From Promethearchaeota archaeon (GTDB lineage: Archaea; Asgardarchaeota; Lokiarchaeia; Sigyniarchaeales; SOKP01): a stretch of 56,466 nt of DNA. This document shows, piece after piece, positions 18,843-29,293 of this stretch (positions are counted from its first letter, which is position 1; the number at the start of each line of letters is the position of its first letter). The translations under genes and the position numbers were made by a program. The stretch covers positions 1 through 56,466 of the forward strand of contig JBHLNS010000017.1 of the NCBI GenBank assembly GCA_048941285.1. The letters run 5' to 3'. The notes under the pieces were generated by a model. It saw only the letters and a list, made by a program, of their open reading frames with translations, was not told the origin of the DNA and did no database searches.

Positions 18843-18943
18843 AAATTTTTATTTTAGTAATAAGATAAGACGGATTGGGGATAGTAAAGTTAAATTTTAA
18901 TTTCTAAAATTGTATTATTCTAATATATAGGTGATTCTTTTCC

Positions 18944-20260
18944 ATGTCTGTTGATGTGTTAAAAGCTCGTATCAGTGAATTAGAAGGCGAAATTAATAAA
19001 AAAAGTAAAGAAATCAATAATCTACTTGATAGAATAGAAGAACTTGAAGACAATATTATGAGATTGGAGGCTTTAATCCCAGAAGAAGATACGAAAAAAA
19101 AAAGCAGAAAGCAGCAAGCAGTTGATTCAAAATTGGCAATTGAACTTGATGAAAAAGACAGACAAATTAGAGAATTAAAGAATAGCATGGGATTTTTAAG
19201 AAAAGAGAAAGTACAACTACAACAAGAATTAGATAAGATAAAAGCCCAACAGGGTGAATCTTCAGTCATCAGAGTTGAAGATTTGAGAAAAACATCCCCC
19301 CTTAATATGCTCGTAAAAGAACTACAAGATAAAGTAAATAACCAACGCTCAATAATTAATAAGTTAAGATTTCAAAATGTTGGAAATGAAGATCTCAGTA
19401 ATCAACTAATTCAAAAAAAAGAAGAGCTTGAGAAGTTAAGATCAGAAAATGTAGCTCTAAAGCAAAAAGTAGAAGAATATAACAGTGTATCCAAAGATAA
19501 AAGCAACGATTCAATACCAAAGGAATTAATAGGAGACCTACAAAGCCAATTGACTAAATCTAAAAGACAGATAACAGAATTAAAACAAATAATTGAAAAA
19601 TCAGATAAAAAAAGCAAAAAAAATGAAAAAGATATTACAAAAATAAAAGGATATAAAAAGGAGATTAATGAGCAAAAAAATCAACTAAAACAAAGAGATA
19701 ATGAAATAAAAGAATTAAAGAAAGAAATTATTTCTTTGCAAAAAGCAGACATTTCAGCAAATTTTGAACAAGATAATATGCGTCCAAAGAAAATGATGGA
19801 TACATTAAAAGATGATCTACAAAATAAACTAAATAGAGCAAAAATAAAAATACAATCGCTTCAAACTGAACTCACGAAATTTCAAGATGCAGAGACTGCA
19901 GAACCAGCGGGACCTAGAAAAGAGTTAGAAGGAAAGCTTAAAATGCAAAGAGAAATGGCTGTGTTTCTTCAAAAACAACTAAACACAAAGGAAGAAGAAG
20001 TTGAAACAATTAAAAATGAGGCTGTACAAATAAAAGGTAAGTATAGACAATTAGAGAATCAGTTGAGATTGAAAGATGACAAACTTAATGATTTACAACG
20101 CCAATTGGATAGTATTAATATTCAAAATCAAGTTCACCATCCAAGGGAAGATCCCGACTTAGATTTGAGAATCAGAGAGCTTAAAAATAGACTTGAGAAT
20201 TTACAAAAATTAAATAATGAGCAAAAAATAGAAATTTCCCAGTTACGAAAAAAGATATAA
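18944..20260 (+). CDS. Long coiled-coil protein, function unknown
   Basis: K/E/Q/L-rich heptad pattern throughout; no enzymatic motif seen. Confidence 0.8.
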   Translation: MSVDVLKARISELEGEINKKSKEINNLLDRIEELEDNIMRLEALIPEEDTKKKSRKQQAVDSKLAIELDEKDRQIRELKNSMGFLRKEKVQLQQELDKIKAQQGESSVIRVEDLRKTSPLNMLVKELQDKVNNQRSIINKLRFQNVGNEDLSNQLIQKKEELEKLRSENVALKQKVEEYNSVSKDKSNDSIPKELIGDLQSQLTKSKRQITELKQIIEKSDKKSKKNEKDITKIKGYKKEINEQKNQLKQRDNEIKELKKEIISLQKADISANFEQDNMRPKKMMDTLKDDLQNKLNRAKIKIQSLQTELTKFQDAETAEPAGPRKELEGKLKMQREMAVFLQKQLNTKEEEVETIKNEAVQIKGKYRQLENQLRLKDDKLNDLQRQLDSINIQNQVHHPREDPDLDLRIRELKNRLENLQKLNNEQKIEISQLRKKI

Positions 20261-20270
20261 AATTATCAAA

Positions 20271-21251
20271 ATGGAACTTATTATTTTAGGTAGCGCAGCT
20301 GCAACTCCCATTAAGGAAAGGAACTTACCGTCCGTAGCTTTAAAATATAAAAACCAGATTCTTTTATTTGATTGCGGGGAGGATTTTCAACGCCGATTCG
20401 CAGAAGCCGGTCTAAAATTTAATAAACCAATGAAAATATTTATTACTCATTTTCATGGTGATCATCTTTTAGGACTCCCTCCCTTCCTGTTTCGTTTAAG
20501 TTTAAATGATAGAACGGCACCAATGATGATCTTTGGACCCCGAAATCTTTTTCTTTATCTTTATATCCATAGAAAAATTCTTGGATTAAAAGCCAACTAT
20601 CCAATTAAGATTATAGAGATCGATCATCACAATCAAAAATTATTAGAATTTGATGGATTAGATTCTGAAATACCAAAAAAGACATTCAATTTAAATGATA
20701 ATACGATCCTTGATTCCAAATATTATCTTATACAATATGCTTTAGTAGAACATTCTATAACTACTTTCGCATATGCATTTGTAGAAAAACCACGATGTGG
20801 AAAATTTGATCCTGAACGTGCGAGAACTCTAGGTATTCCTGAAAGTAATCTTTGGAAAAGATTACAGGAAGGAGAAATAATTGAATTCAAAGGAAAAACA
20901 ATAGATCCCTTTAAAGAAAAAATTGTTGGGCCAAAAAAACCGGGCAGAAAGATTACATATTCAGGAGATTTAGCTCCAAGTGATTCTTTAATTCAATTAG
21001 GAAAAGAGTCTGATATTTTGATTCATGAAGCAACATTTGCTAAATCTTTAGCAGAAATTGCTAAAGAAAAAAAACATTCAACTACCGTTGATGCCGCTAA
21101 TGATGCCAAAAAAATGAAAGCAAAACAGCTCATTTTAACCCATATTTCTGCTCGATACCAAGATGATGCTTTAAAGTTATTGCAAGAGGCTAAAGTCATT
21201 TTTCCAAATACAATATTAGCAGAAGATCTACTAAAAATTGAATTAAAATAA
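20271..21251 (+). CDS. rnz: Ribonuclease Z
   Basis: LFDCGE, THFHGDH, exosite arm, YSGD, HEATF, HST and LTHISARY motifs. Confidence 0.95.
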   Translation: MELIILGSAAATPIKERNLPSVALKYKNQILLFDCGEDFQRRFAEAGLKFNKPMKIFITHFHGDHLLGLPPFLFRLSLNDRTAPMMIFGPRNLFLYLYIHRKILGLKANYPIKIIEIDHHNQKLLEFDGLDSEIPKKTFNLNDNTILDSKYYLIQYALVEHSITTFAYAFVEKPRCGKFDPERARTLGIPESNLWKRLQEGEIIEFKGKTIDPFKEKIVGPKKPGRKITYSGDLAPSDSLIQLGKESDILIHEATFAKSLAEIAKEKKHSTTVDAANDAKKMKAKQLILTHISARYQDDALKLLQEAKVIFPNTILAEDLLKIELK

Positions 21252-21299
21252 CCTAAATAGAATTTTTAAAAGAAGATGACAAAAAATAATATTTTTTTT

Positions 21300-21509
21300 T
21301 TAAATTCCCCCTGCTATATGGGGAAGTATTATGATCTCGTCCTCTTTACCAATTTTCGTTTCTGGAGTCGATTTTTTCCCATTTACAAGAATTCCAAAAT
21401 ATTTATCTTCCAAATTAAGTTCTTTCAATAAATCAGCAACTGTCATAGTTCTCTCTGGTTTATATGTTTCAAAAAGTCCAGTATCTAATAATTCACTAAT
21501 CTGTTTCAC
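21300..21509 (-). CDS. ThiS/MoaD/SAMP-like ubiquitin-fold protein
   Basis: TVADLLKEL, ILVNGK and DEIIILPHIAGG-I motifs. Confidence 0.85.
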   Translation of the reverse strand: MKQISELLDTGLFETYKPERTMTVADLLKELNLEDKYFGILVNGKKSTPETKIGKEDEIIILPHIAGGI

Positions 21510-21753
21510 TTTGTAAAAAACACCAATTCAATATATTTAATTATTTATTATATGTTTGTAATAATATTTAATATTATTTCTTTAGATTCAGAATGCGGTA
21601 AACTCTTGTTTTTGAAAGTTTTGTTTAGAGTTATTTTAAGTAATCAATTATGGGCTTTTTGTTTAGTTGAAACACATTTTTATAAAATCCAATTTTTTTT
21701 ATTTTTACATTAATTTCTATATATAAGCTGTATTTTTTTGAGGAGATAATAAA

Positions 21754-23406
21754 ATTATTGAAGAAGAAGAATTCGTTGAATACACGGAATTTTTAGATAA
21801 AATAAGAAGATATGAATCTAAAATAAAACAAACCAAAGATCCAACAGAACGAAACAAAATTATACAAGAAATGGTTTCAGAGTCAATAAATTTTTCAAAT
21901 GAAATTGCTCAATCTGGAGAATTTTTTGAAGCAGGGGATTTTCTTTATTCTGTTGCAGAAATGATGGAATATATTGATTTTTCTGAAGCTCTTAAATTAT
22001 ATAATGAAATAATTGAATTGTACCAAAAACAAATTGTGGATTATAAACTTCAAGCGAAATTACGTGAAATTGCTGAACTATATTTAAGAATTGCAGAAAT
22101 TTATCGTGAAAAAATAGTAGATTTTCAATTGGAGAAAAGAAATATCTTAAATAGTATCAAATTTTTACAACAAGAGAGTGAACTTTTAAAAGAATTTAAC
22201 GAAACAAGAAAGATCGCACAAAATTATCAAAATATCGCAGATTTATTCTTAAAGTTCTCTGATTTTGAGAATGCTATAAAATTTTATGAGAAAGTTATTA
22301 ACATTTCTAAAAAACATAATTATTTTGACATGCTCTCTTTCTCTTATCAACAGATAGGATCTTGTTATGAAGAAATTGACGATTATAATAAATCCCAAGA
22401 TGCTATCTTGGATGGTGTAGAATTCTTCTCTGTATTAGCAACTAAATTTGAAGAAAAAAATGATAATATCACACTTGCTCAAATTTATCAGATCTTAAAA
22501 AATTTATATAAGATTTTGGATAAGCAAGATCAATATGTAAATTTCTCTAAAAAAGAAGCAGGAGCTTATATCGACTTAGCAGAAACATTAGAAAAGACAC
22601 TAGAAAACTATTATAAAATTGCGAGGTACTATCGAGGTGCTGGACTATGTTATCAAGATATACAAAATAATCTGATTGAGTGTGCTTCTTGTTTTTTGTT
22701 GGCTGGGAACTATTCAAAAAAAATTGAAGACTACAACCAAGCAGCAACAAACTTTTTTGATGGAGCAAATATTTTTAAAGAAATTGAAAATTTTGAAATG
22801 GCATATAAACATTATGTAGAGGCTGGAGATAATTATTGGAAGACTGGAAGTTACAACGAATCTACTGAAAGCTATCTGAATGCATATGATGTTGCAATTG
22901 AAGGGGAATTAGAATACAATAGATTTGGAATTTTCAATCAAATAATAAGAGGTTTAAATAAAATAGCTGAAGAAGGATTAAAGAATAAACAATTTTTTAC
23001 AGCAGCTACCTTAATTTTGGAAAGCCTAAAATTTTATGAACAGCTTGATACCGCTAAAGATTACCTTTTGAGGGAAATGGTTAACAACTTATATCGTTAT
23101 TACTATCGAGCAGCAAACTTAAAAAAAATTGGATATTCTCACATTGTTCTAAGTTATGTTTTAGCCTCCATTTCATGCATTTTAAATGGTAAATTAGATA
23201 AAGCCGCGAAAATAATCTCTGAAATTGAATCTGAAGGAACTATGGTAAAAAAGTACAAAGATATGATAATTATAATGATTGAAAGAGTTTCTGAAGGGAA
23301 ATCTGTTGAATTAAATAATTTTCCTTTCGATTTACAGAGAATAATCGAATCTTCAGAAGAAATAATGTTTCTTTTAAGACTTTTTAAGGGTTTTAAGATA
23401 AAATAA
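21754..23406 (+). CDS. TPR-like helical repeat protein, alpha-SNAP-like; probable ATT start (first ATG at 21871)
   Basis: Repeated A-x-x-Y/F-x-x-A helices. The frame is open 39 codons upstream of the ATG, to an ATT behind GAGGAG, with an in-frame TGA at 21739. Confidence 0.7.
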   Translation: MIEEEEFVEYTEFLDKIRRYESKIKQTKDPTERNKIIQEMVSESINFSNEIAQSGEFFEAGDFLYSVAEMMEYIDFSEALKLYNEIIELYQKQIVDYKLQAKLREIAELYLRIAEIYREKIVDFQLEKRNILNSIKFLQQESELLKEFNETRKIAQNYQNIADLFLKFSDFENAIKFYEKVINISKKHNYFDMLSFSYQQIGSCYEEIDDYNKSQDAILDGVEFFSVLATKFEEKNDNITLAQIYQILKNLYKILDKQDQYVNFSKKEAGAYIDLAETLEKTLENYYKIARYYRGAGLCYQDIQNNLIECASCFLLAGNYSKKIEDYNQAATNFFDGANIFKEIENFEMAYKHYVEAGDNYWKTGSYNESTESYLNAYDVAIEGELEYNRFGIFNQIIRGLNKIAEEGLKNKQFFTAATLILESLKFYEQLDTAKDYLLREMVNNLYRYYYRAANLKKIGYSHIVLSYVLASISCILNGKLDKAAKIISEIESEGTMVKKYKDMIIIMIERVSEGKSVELNNFPFDLQRIIESSEEIMFLLRLFKGFKIK

Positions 23407-23594
23407 AATTAACGTGATGCTATTTTTACTTTATTGTATATTCTTACCTATTTAGGATAAACACTTAAATATATTAAATTAGACTTTCATTGTAATATTA
23501 AAATGAGATTTCTGAAATTTCTAAAATCATATTAGCTATTATTTAATATTAGATTAGATAATTTCATTAATCAAATCCAAAGAGGAGATAAAAT

Positions 23595-24737
23595 CTGAAA
23601 AAAATTAATAAAATTCTTGTAATTTTAGCATTTAGTGCCATTTTCATAGGAGCTACAATACCATTTTCTCTACTTATTTTTGGTGGAAAACCAAATCCAC
23701 CTCAACCAAATTATGTACGTATATATGTCAATTCCACCATTCATGACCAGTTATTCTCTGAAATATCACGATATAAACAAGATATTATCAATCAAGGTTA
23801 TACAGCAGATATTATTGCTTGGTCAAATAGATCCATTTATGATTTAAAACAAGATTTAGTGAATGCCTATTCACAAGGACTTGTGGGGGCTGTATTAATA
23901 GGGCAACTCCCTATTGCCCAGTATGATTATATGGGGAGTGTTTTCGCTTGCGATTTCTTTTTTATGGATCTCGATGGATTTTGGTTTGATGCAAATCCAC
24001 CGATTCCCTTTAATGATGGGATTATGGACTATCATGACAATTCTACTGGGGATTTATATCCAGAAATTTGGATTGGACGTATTAATCCGGAATGCTTGAC
24101 ATTATCTAATTATACAAAAGCATACAAAGAGTATTTCAACCGAAACCATGCTTACAGAACTGGTTCGCTTTCTCGTCCACATAAAGCTTTATTATACATC
24201 GATGATTCATGGTCTTTTTGGTGGGATGAATATTTAAGTAATTTCACTGCGTATAGCAACATCGATTGTTTTTACGATAATTCTACTACAACACCAACTT
24301 TATATAAGCAGAATTTGACTCAAAATTATGAATTTGTACAAGTTTTAGTTCATTCTGACCCCTTTGATCATTATTGGGGCGTGGGAAATCCTCCCTCAGA
24401 AGGATATTTAAATTACTTAGAAATAATGAATCTAAATACACAACCGCTTTTTTATAATTTATATGCGTGTTCTGCTTGTAATATAAATACTATGGATAAT
24501 ATAGGAACTCATTATCTTTTTTCAAATAATACTTTAACTGTTGTTGGATCATCGAAGACAGGGGGAATGAATATGTATCAAAGTTTTTATGATGATTTAG
24601 GTAATGGATTATCCTTTGGAGAAGCTTTTAGAAAGTGGTTCTGGAATCCTTATTATGGACCATATGGAGATTCATACTCACATTCTTTATCAATGGGCAT
24701 GATTATTCTTGGAGACCCTCTTTTAACCATAATATAA
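23595..24737 (+). CDS. Secreted or membrane-anchored peptidase C25 (gingipain-like) family protein; probable CTG start
   Basis: GAVLIGQLP, PEIWIGRI, VHS...YACS and ILGDP motifs. An 88-codon upstream extension starts (L)KKINKILVILAFSAIFIGATIPFSLLIF, is signal-like, and follows GAGGAG. Confidence 0.72.
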   Translation: MKKINKILVILAFSAIFIGATIPFSLLIFGGKPNPPQPNYVRIYVNSTIHDQLFSEISRYKQDIINQGYTADIIAWSNRSIYDLKQDLVNAYSQGLVGAVLIGQLPIAQYDYMGSVFACDFFFMDLDGFWFDANPPIPFNDGIMDYHDNSTGDLYPEIWIGRINPECLTLSNYTKAYKEYFNRNHAYRTGSLSRPHKALLYIDDSWSFWWDEYLSNFTAYSNIDCFYDNSTTTPTLYKQNLTQNYEFVQVLVHSDPFDHYWGVGNPPSEGYLNYLEIMNLNTQPLFYNLYACSACNINTMDNIGTHYLFSNNTLTVVGSSKTGGMNMYQSFYDDLGNGLSFGEAFRKWFWNPYYGPYGDSYSHSLSMGMIILGDPLLTII

Positions 24738-24823
24738 TTCATAAATTTTTTTTTTACAATTATAGAAATGTTCTAAAAACAGAAGAAATAATAATATCTT
24801 TTGTTTCTTTATAATTTTCTAAC

Positions 24824-25483
24824 ATGAATTTAAAAAATATAGTTTTAAGTTTTGATTTAGATAACACTTTAATCGATAATAGAGAAGGTATTGTCGAATC
24901 TTTTAATTACGCATTAAATAAGCATGATATACCTAAATTGGATAACACTATAATAGAGAAAATGATTGGAATACCTCTGAATGAGATGTTTGCCAAAGCA
25001 ACGAATAATGATCCTTCACCATTAATTTCAACATTTAGAGAATACTATGGAAAAAAAGGGATATACCAAGCAAATTTGTTACCTGGAGTTAAATCAAAAT
25101 TAAAGCAATTAAAGGATTTAGCTTTCACTTTGGGTATTATAACCTCTAAAAAGCAAGAAATGGCGGAGAGAATCGTAGAAATCTTAAATGTTCGGAATTA
25201 TTTTAATTATATATTAGGAGAAACAGAAGATAGGAAACAACTAGGAAAACTAGATCCAACTTTAAAAAAAATTCTTAATAAAAAATATCCAGGATATAAT
25301 ATTATTGTTATTGGAGACCACCCTAAAGATGTAATGCTTTCAAATGTTTTAAACTGTCCATTTATAGGAGTATTAACGGGACATCATTCAACTAATCAAT
25401 TAAAAGAAATAAAAAATGGAAAATCAGTAATAATTAATTCGGTTAGCGAATTAGAAATTGATCTGATATACTCTATAATCTAA
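24824..25483 (+). CDS. HAD-family phosphatase (phosphoglycolate phosphatase-like)
   Basis: FDLDNTLID, ITSK and IGDHPKD motifs. Confidence 0.88.
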   Translation: MNLKNIVLSFDLDNTLIDNREGIVESFNYALNKHDIPKLDNTIIEKMIGIPLNEMFAKATNNDPSPLISTFREYYGKKGIYQANLLPGVKSKLKQLKDLAFTLGIITSKKQEMAERIVEILNVRNYFNYILGETEDRKQLGKLDPTLKKILNKKYPGYNIIVIGDHPKDVMLSNVLNCPFIGVLTGHHSTNQLKEIKNGKSVIINSVSELEIDLIYSII

Positions 25484-25546
25484 AGGGTTTTCATCTTGAT
25501 AAAATAGAATTAAAAAAGAGAAAAAAATTAAAAGAGTGTATCTATC

Positions 25547-27013
25547 TTATTCTTTTGACCAAGATTCATATTCTTTCATAAATTCTTCTGGTTTCCACTG
25601 GGTATCCATAAATTTTGGGATTCCAGAACTATCTCTAGGCCCTACAACTACGAAAGCATTTGCTTCGTCTTCTAACGCTCCACTCAAACGAGCCGCCATA
25701 CCGGGGATTACTAATATTCTGTGATTCACTTTATCAAAAGCTCCAAATTCTTTTACTGCTTCTGCAATTCCACCAGCATTAAATTGACCGCCAGCAACTG
25801 CGCTTTCAATCCCTATTCCCTCAGTATCAACCACTAAAAGCCAACAGTTTAAATTTGCACCTTGTAAATCCTGTTCAACAGGTATCTTTGTCATTCTATA
25901 ATTACTTGTAACGAATATTGGAGCCATATCTCCAGGTTCTCCAACTTTATAAATACCAGGATCAACAGCGGGATAAATTCTTGGATCTGAAAATACACTT
26001 TGACGCAATGTCATTAATGCTAAGAGAGCCCAGATTTCTTCTTTCTTCTGACCAGTGTGTAAAACAATAAGATTTGTATCTATTGATTCCATTATTGCGC
26101 CCATAATCACTTCTTGATATTGATGTTCCCAGAGATCCTTTTCCTCTCCTACTTTCACCTGACTCCAATATGCTGCAGGAACACCCATAACTGGCCAACC
26201 TGCATTCACATCTCTTTTATCTATTGCTGCAGTTCTTAATTGCATAACATTATCATATGTCATAGAAAGATTACCAGGGCCAAAATAAGTTCCTGAATCT
26301 AAAACAATCTCATTTAAGCCAAATTTATGTAAAGTAGCACTTAATGACATTAATTCATCTAAATTACTAGAAGTAATAGCAACAGGTAGATTATTTTGAA
26401 TTGCAAATTTGCCAATCTGTTCCCATGTATCCTTAGTTATAGCATAAAGTAAGGGTTTTCTATCCTTAATCAAACCTGCAGCTCCTAATAGAATATCAGG
26501 ATTAAAACTACATAACATAATCGGCAGATCTGAAATTTCAGCTATTTTCTTAGCTGCTAATTTGAATTGATCACCATTTCCGGAAACATTTCTTAATGCA
26601 ATTCCATCTAATGTAAGAACATCTCCAATTCTTTCTATCTTAAGATCTGTTAGATATTTCACAATTTCTTCTAAATCTGCATCATCATCAGCAATTTCCA
26701 TGAAAATTCCCGTTTGATTATAGAAGGTTAATTGATGACGCATTAATATTTCTTCTCCACCAATTGTAACTGCTCTTTCTCCTGTTCCAATGATGACAGG
26801 TTTTTGCGGGGGGGTTATTATTTTAATAAGTTTATCTCGATTTTTTGCCTGTTTGGGATCCTGCATTAAATGGGTACAATCTTGTACTTTAATTTTTCTT
26901 TCAAGAATATCGGTTGCAAAAGCCATACAAGTATCATATCCACAATCCTTACAATTGCTTTTATCTAAAAGTGCATATACTTCTAAGGGACTTGGTCGTG
27001 CCATTTTTGACAA
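25547..27013 (-). CDS. cdhE: Acetyl-CoA decarbonylase/synthase gamma subunit (corrinoid Fe-S protein large subunit)
   Basis: NCKDCGYDTCMAFA...C, IGGEEIL, FSDPR, VTSNY and VGPRDSSGIP motifs. Confidence 0.92.
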   Translation of the reverse strand: MSKMARPSPLEVYALLDKSNCKDCGYDTCMAFATDILERKIKVQDCTHLMQDPKQAKNRDKLIKIITPPQKPVIIGTGERAVTIGGEEILMRHQLTFYNQTGIFMEIADDDADLEEIVKYLTDLKIERIGDVLTLDGIALRNVSGNGDQFKLAAKKIAEISDLPIMLCSFNPDILLGAAGLIKDRKPLLYAITKDTWEQIGKFAIQNNLPVAITSSNLDELMSLSATLHKFGLNEIVLDSGTYFGPGNLSMTYDNVMQLRTAAIDKRDVNAGWPVMGVPAAYWSQVKVGEEKDLWEHQYQEVIMGAIMESIDTNLIVLHTGQKKEEIWALLALMTLRQSVFSDPRIYPAVDPGIYKVGEPGDMAPIFVTSNYRMTKIPVEQDLQGANLNCWLLVVDTEGIGIESAVAGGQFNAGGIAEAVKEFGAFDKVNHRILVIPGMAARLSGALEDEANAFVVVGPRDSSGIPKFMDTQWKPEEFMKEYESWSKE

Positions 27014-27178
27014 TTCTTTTAGTTTGATTTTTTTTCTAATTAGAAAAATGTATATATGTGTAGTCTAATTTTAAATTGAATTAAAAATTTGGTTTTTTAA
27101 AATTCAACTCTACTTATCTGGATTTAATTCGTAGATTAAATAGTAAGTTTTTAAAAAATTTTTAAATTTAATCAGTTA

Positions 27179-28636
27179 ATGGATAAGCTTAAAAAAGAGT
27201 CAGAGGATCTTTTTTCTTTATTTTATCCACAACATATCGCATTTATAGGCGCTTCAGAGAGCTCGAGATTAGGCTCAATGATGTATTTACCCGCTTTTAA
27301 AGAATCTATTTGGGCAAATACTTTTTATCCAATTAATCCGAAACACGATAGAATATTGGGTTGGAAATGTTACCATTCCGTTTTAGAGGTTCCATACCCT
27401 ATTGATACAGCATATATATCATTAAAAACAGATTTTGTCCCAAAAGCGTTAAAAGAATGCGTTCAGAAAGAAATAAAATGGGTTATTATCTTTGCTTCAG
27501 GGTTTTCAGAAACTGGGGATTCCAAGGGTAAATATTTAGAGGATGAACTTTTAAGGATTATAAAAGGTTCAAAAACAAGAATAATTGGACCTAATTGCAT
27601 AGGACCTCTAAATGCTGAAATGGGGATGGCTATTACTTTTGCTTCTCAAAAAGGTGTTTTAGGAGGCGTATCCTTTATGTCACAATCCGGAGGGCACTTA
27701 ACCCAGTTAGTTGATGTAGGATATAAGCGTGATATAAGATACCATTATGGTATTAGTTTCGGTAATCAAATTGACCTAAATTGCGTAGATTTTATGAATT
27801 TTTTTCGTCAAGATTCTAAAACATCTTTAATTGCAGCTTATTTAGAATCCACTGGGTCAGCAAAGGCATATGATTTGTTTAAAGAACTTAAAAATACTAC
27901 TAAAATTAAGCCAGTAATATTATGGAAGGGTGGGTATACTAAAGAGGGCTCAAGAGCTGCTTTTTCACATACAGGAGCCATGGTTTCGAATAATAGATTA
28001 TGGAAGTCGATGGCTAATCAAACTGGAACAATCTTAGTTAAAGATAATGAAGAATTTTGGAACACTATTAAAACCTTTGAGTTATTATATCCAAATTACA
28101 TTCCCAGAGGAAGGAATGTAGGAATTATTACTCCAGGAGGAGGGGCCTCCGTCAATATAACAGACTTATTTGCAAATCAAAATCTTTTGATACCAGAGCT
28201 AACTCTCGAATCACAATCAAAAATTGGGAGAATTTTGCCGGATGTAAATGTAAACATTAAAAATCCTATTGATTTAGGTGCCTCAGGTTTTATTTTGGAT
28301 ATTTTTACTCAATGTATTAAGGTTGTAGCTAATGATCCTAAAATTGATATAATTATAGTTCCACTCTGGCCAGATCATATTTTTCGCCATGTTTTTAAAA
28401 GAATGATTGCAATACGAGATACTATATTAAAACCGTTTGCTTTTTGTTTACCAAATATAGCTGATGACGGTCTTTTAGCTAAAAGATTTAATTCAGCAAA
28501 AAAATTATTACACAAAAAAAGAATCCTGTATTTCATATCATTAAGAAATGCAGCGAAAAGTATCTCATTTTTATGTAATTATGTAGAGTTTTTAAAAGCT
28601 CAAAACATCCCTATTAATAAACCAAACTTTGGATAA
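27179..28636 (+). CDS. NDP-forming acyl-CoA synthetase alpha-subunit family protein
   Basis: IGAS, SGFSE, IIGPNCIG, SQSGG, SHTGA (phospho-His) and NPIDLG motifs. Confidence 0.9.
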   Translation: MDKLKKESEDLFSLFYPQHIAFIGASESSRLGSMMYLPAFKESIWANTFYPINPKHDRILGWKCYHSVLEVPYPIDTAYISLKTDFVPKALKECVQKEIKWVIIFASGFSETGDSKGKYLEDELLRIIKGSKTRIIGPNCIGPLNAEMGMAITFASQKGVLGGVSFMSQSGGHLTQLVDVGYKRDIRYHYGISFGNQIDLNCVDFMNFFRQDSKTSLIAAYLESTGSAKAYDLFKELKNTTKIKPVILWKGGYTKEGSRAAFSHTGAMVSNNRLWKSMANQTGTILVKDNEEFWNTIKTFELLYPNYIPRGRNVGIITPGGGASVNITDLFANQNLLIPELTLESQSKIGRILPDVNVNIKNPIDLGASGFILDIFTQCIKVVANDPKIDIIIVPLWPDHIFRHVFKRMIAIRDTILKPFAFCLPNIADDGLLAKRFNSAKKLLHKKRILYFISLRNAAKSISFLCNYVEFLKAQNIPINKPNFG

Positions 28637-28649
28637 AATAAATTTGCTA

Positions 28650-28970
28650 TTAAATTCTCTCAGAAATTCTTTTTAAATATAATTTCATAAAAAATCGTTG
28701 ACTCATACAATAATTATACTTTTGATTTTGAGTTAGATCTTGAGAATTTTTTAAGATAAAATGAATTTTTTCTATCATATTAAAATGATTATCTAGAATT
28801 GGATCTTGCATTTTAACCTGAAACATATTATAAATTTTTTCTTTATGAGATTTTGATTCAGATTGGTGACTTTTGTGTAAATTATCTTCATAAAAAATAA
28901 CAGATTCATCAAAAAGTGAACCGTCTTGAAAGCTCCTAAAATAATTTTGCTCTATATTTCCCGAACTCAT
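28650..28970 (-). CDS. Hypothetical protein
   Basis: 106-aa ORF filling an otherwise empty interval; no motif recognised. Confidence 0.5.
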   Translation of the reverse strand: MSSGNIEQNYFRSFQDGSLFDESVIFYEDNLHKSHQSESKSHKEKIYNMFQVKMQDPILDNHFNMIEKIHFILKNSQDLTQNQKYNYCMSQRFFMKLYLKRISERI

Positions 28971-29293
28971 ATTAATAATGACCTTATAGATTATTTTACT
29001 AATACTATTATTTTACTTATATTAATTTCAGAGGAAACCTTCTATTAATCCATTAATATAATTATTCTAATTTCTCAAAATTGAGCTAGTAAAGGAAATA
29101 AAAAAAGGAGCAAAGAAGGAATGCAAAATTCAAAAGTTAATAAAAACTAGAATATTAAAGGCGAAATCCAATGTAAGATTGAAAATTTTGCTTCCCTTCC
29201 AAATAATTCGTCTATATTAAACTATAAAAATATCACAAAATATTGAAAAGTCATTTCAGAAAATTAAAAAAAAATTAAAATTCAAAATTAGAA

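Noticed and set aside
28971-29293. Possible small gene in the spacer
   Set aside because: The frames I read were short and interrupted, with no recognisable product.
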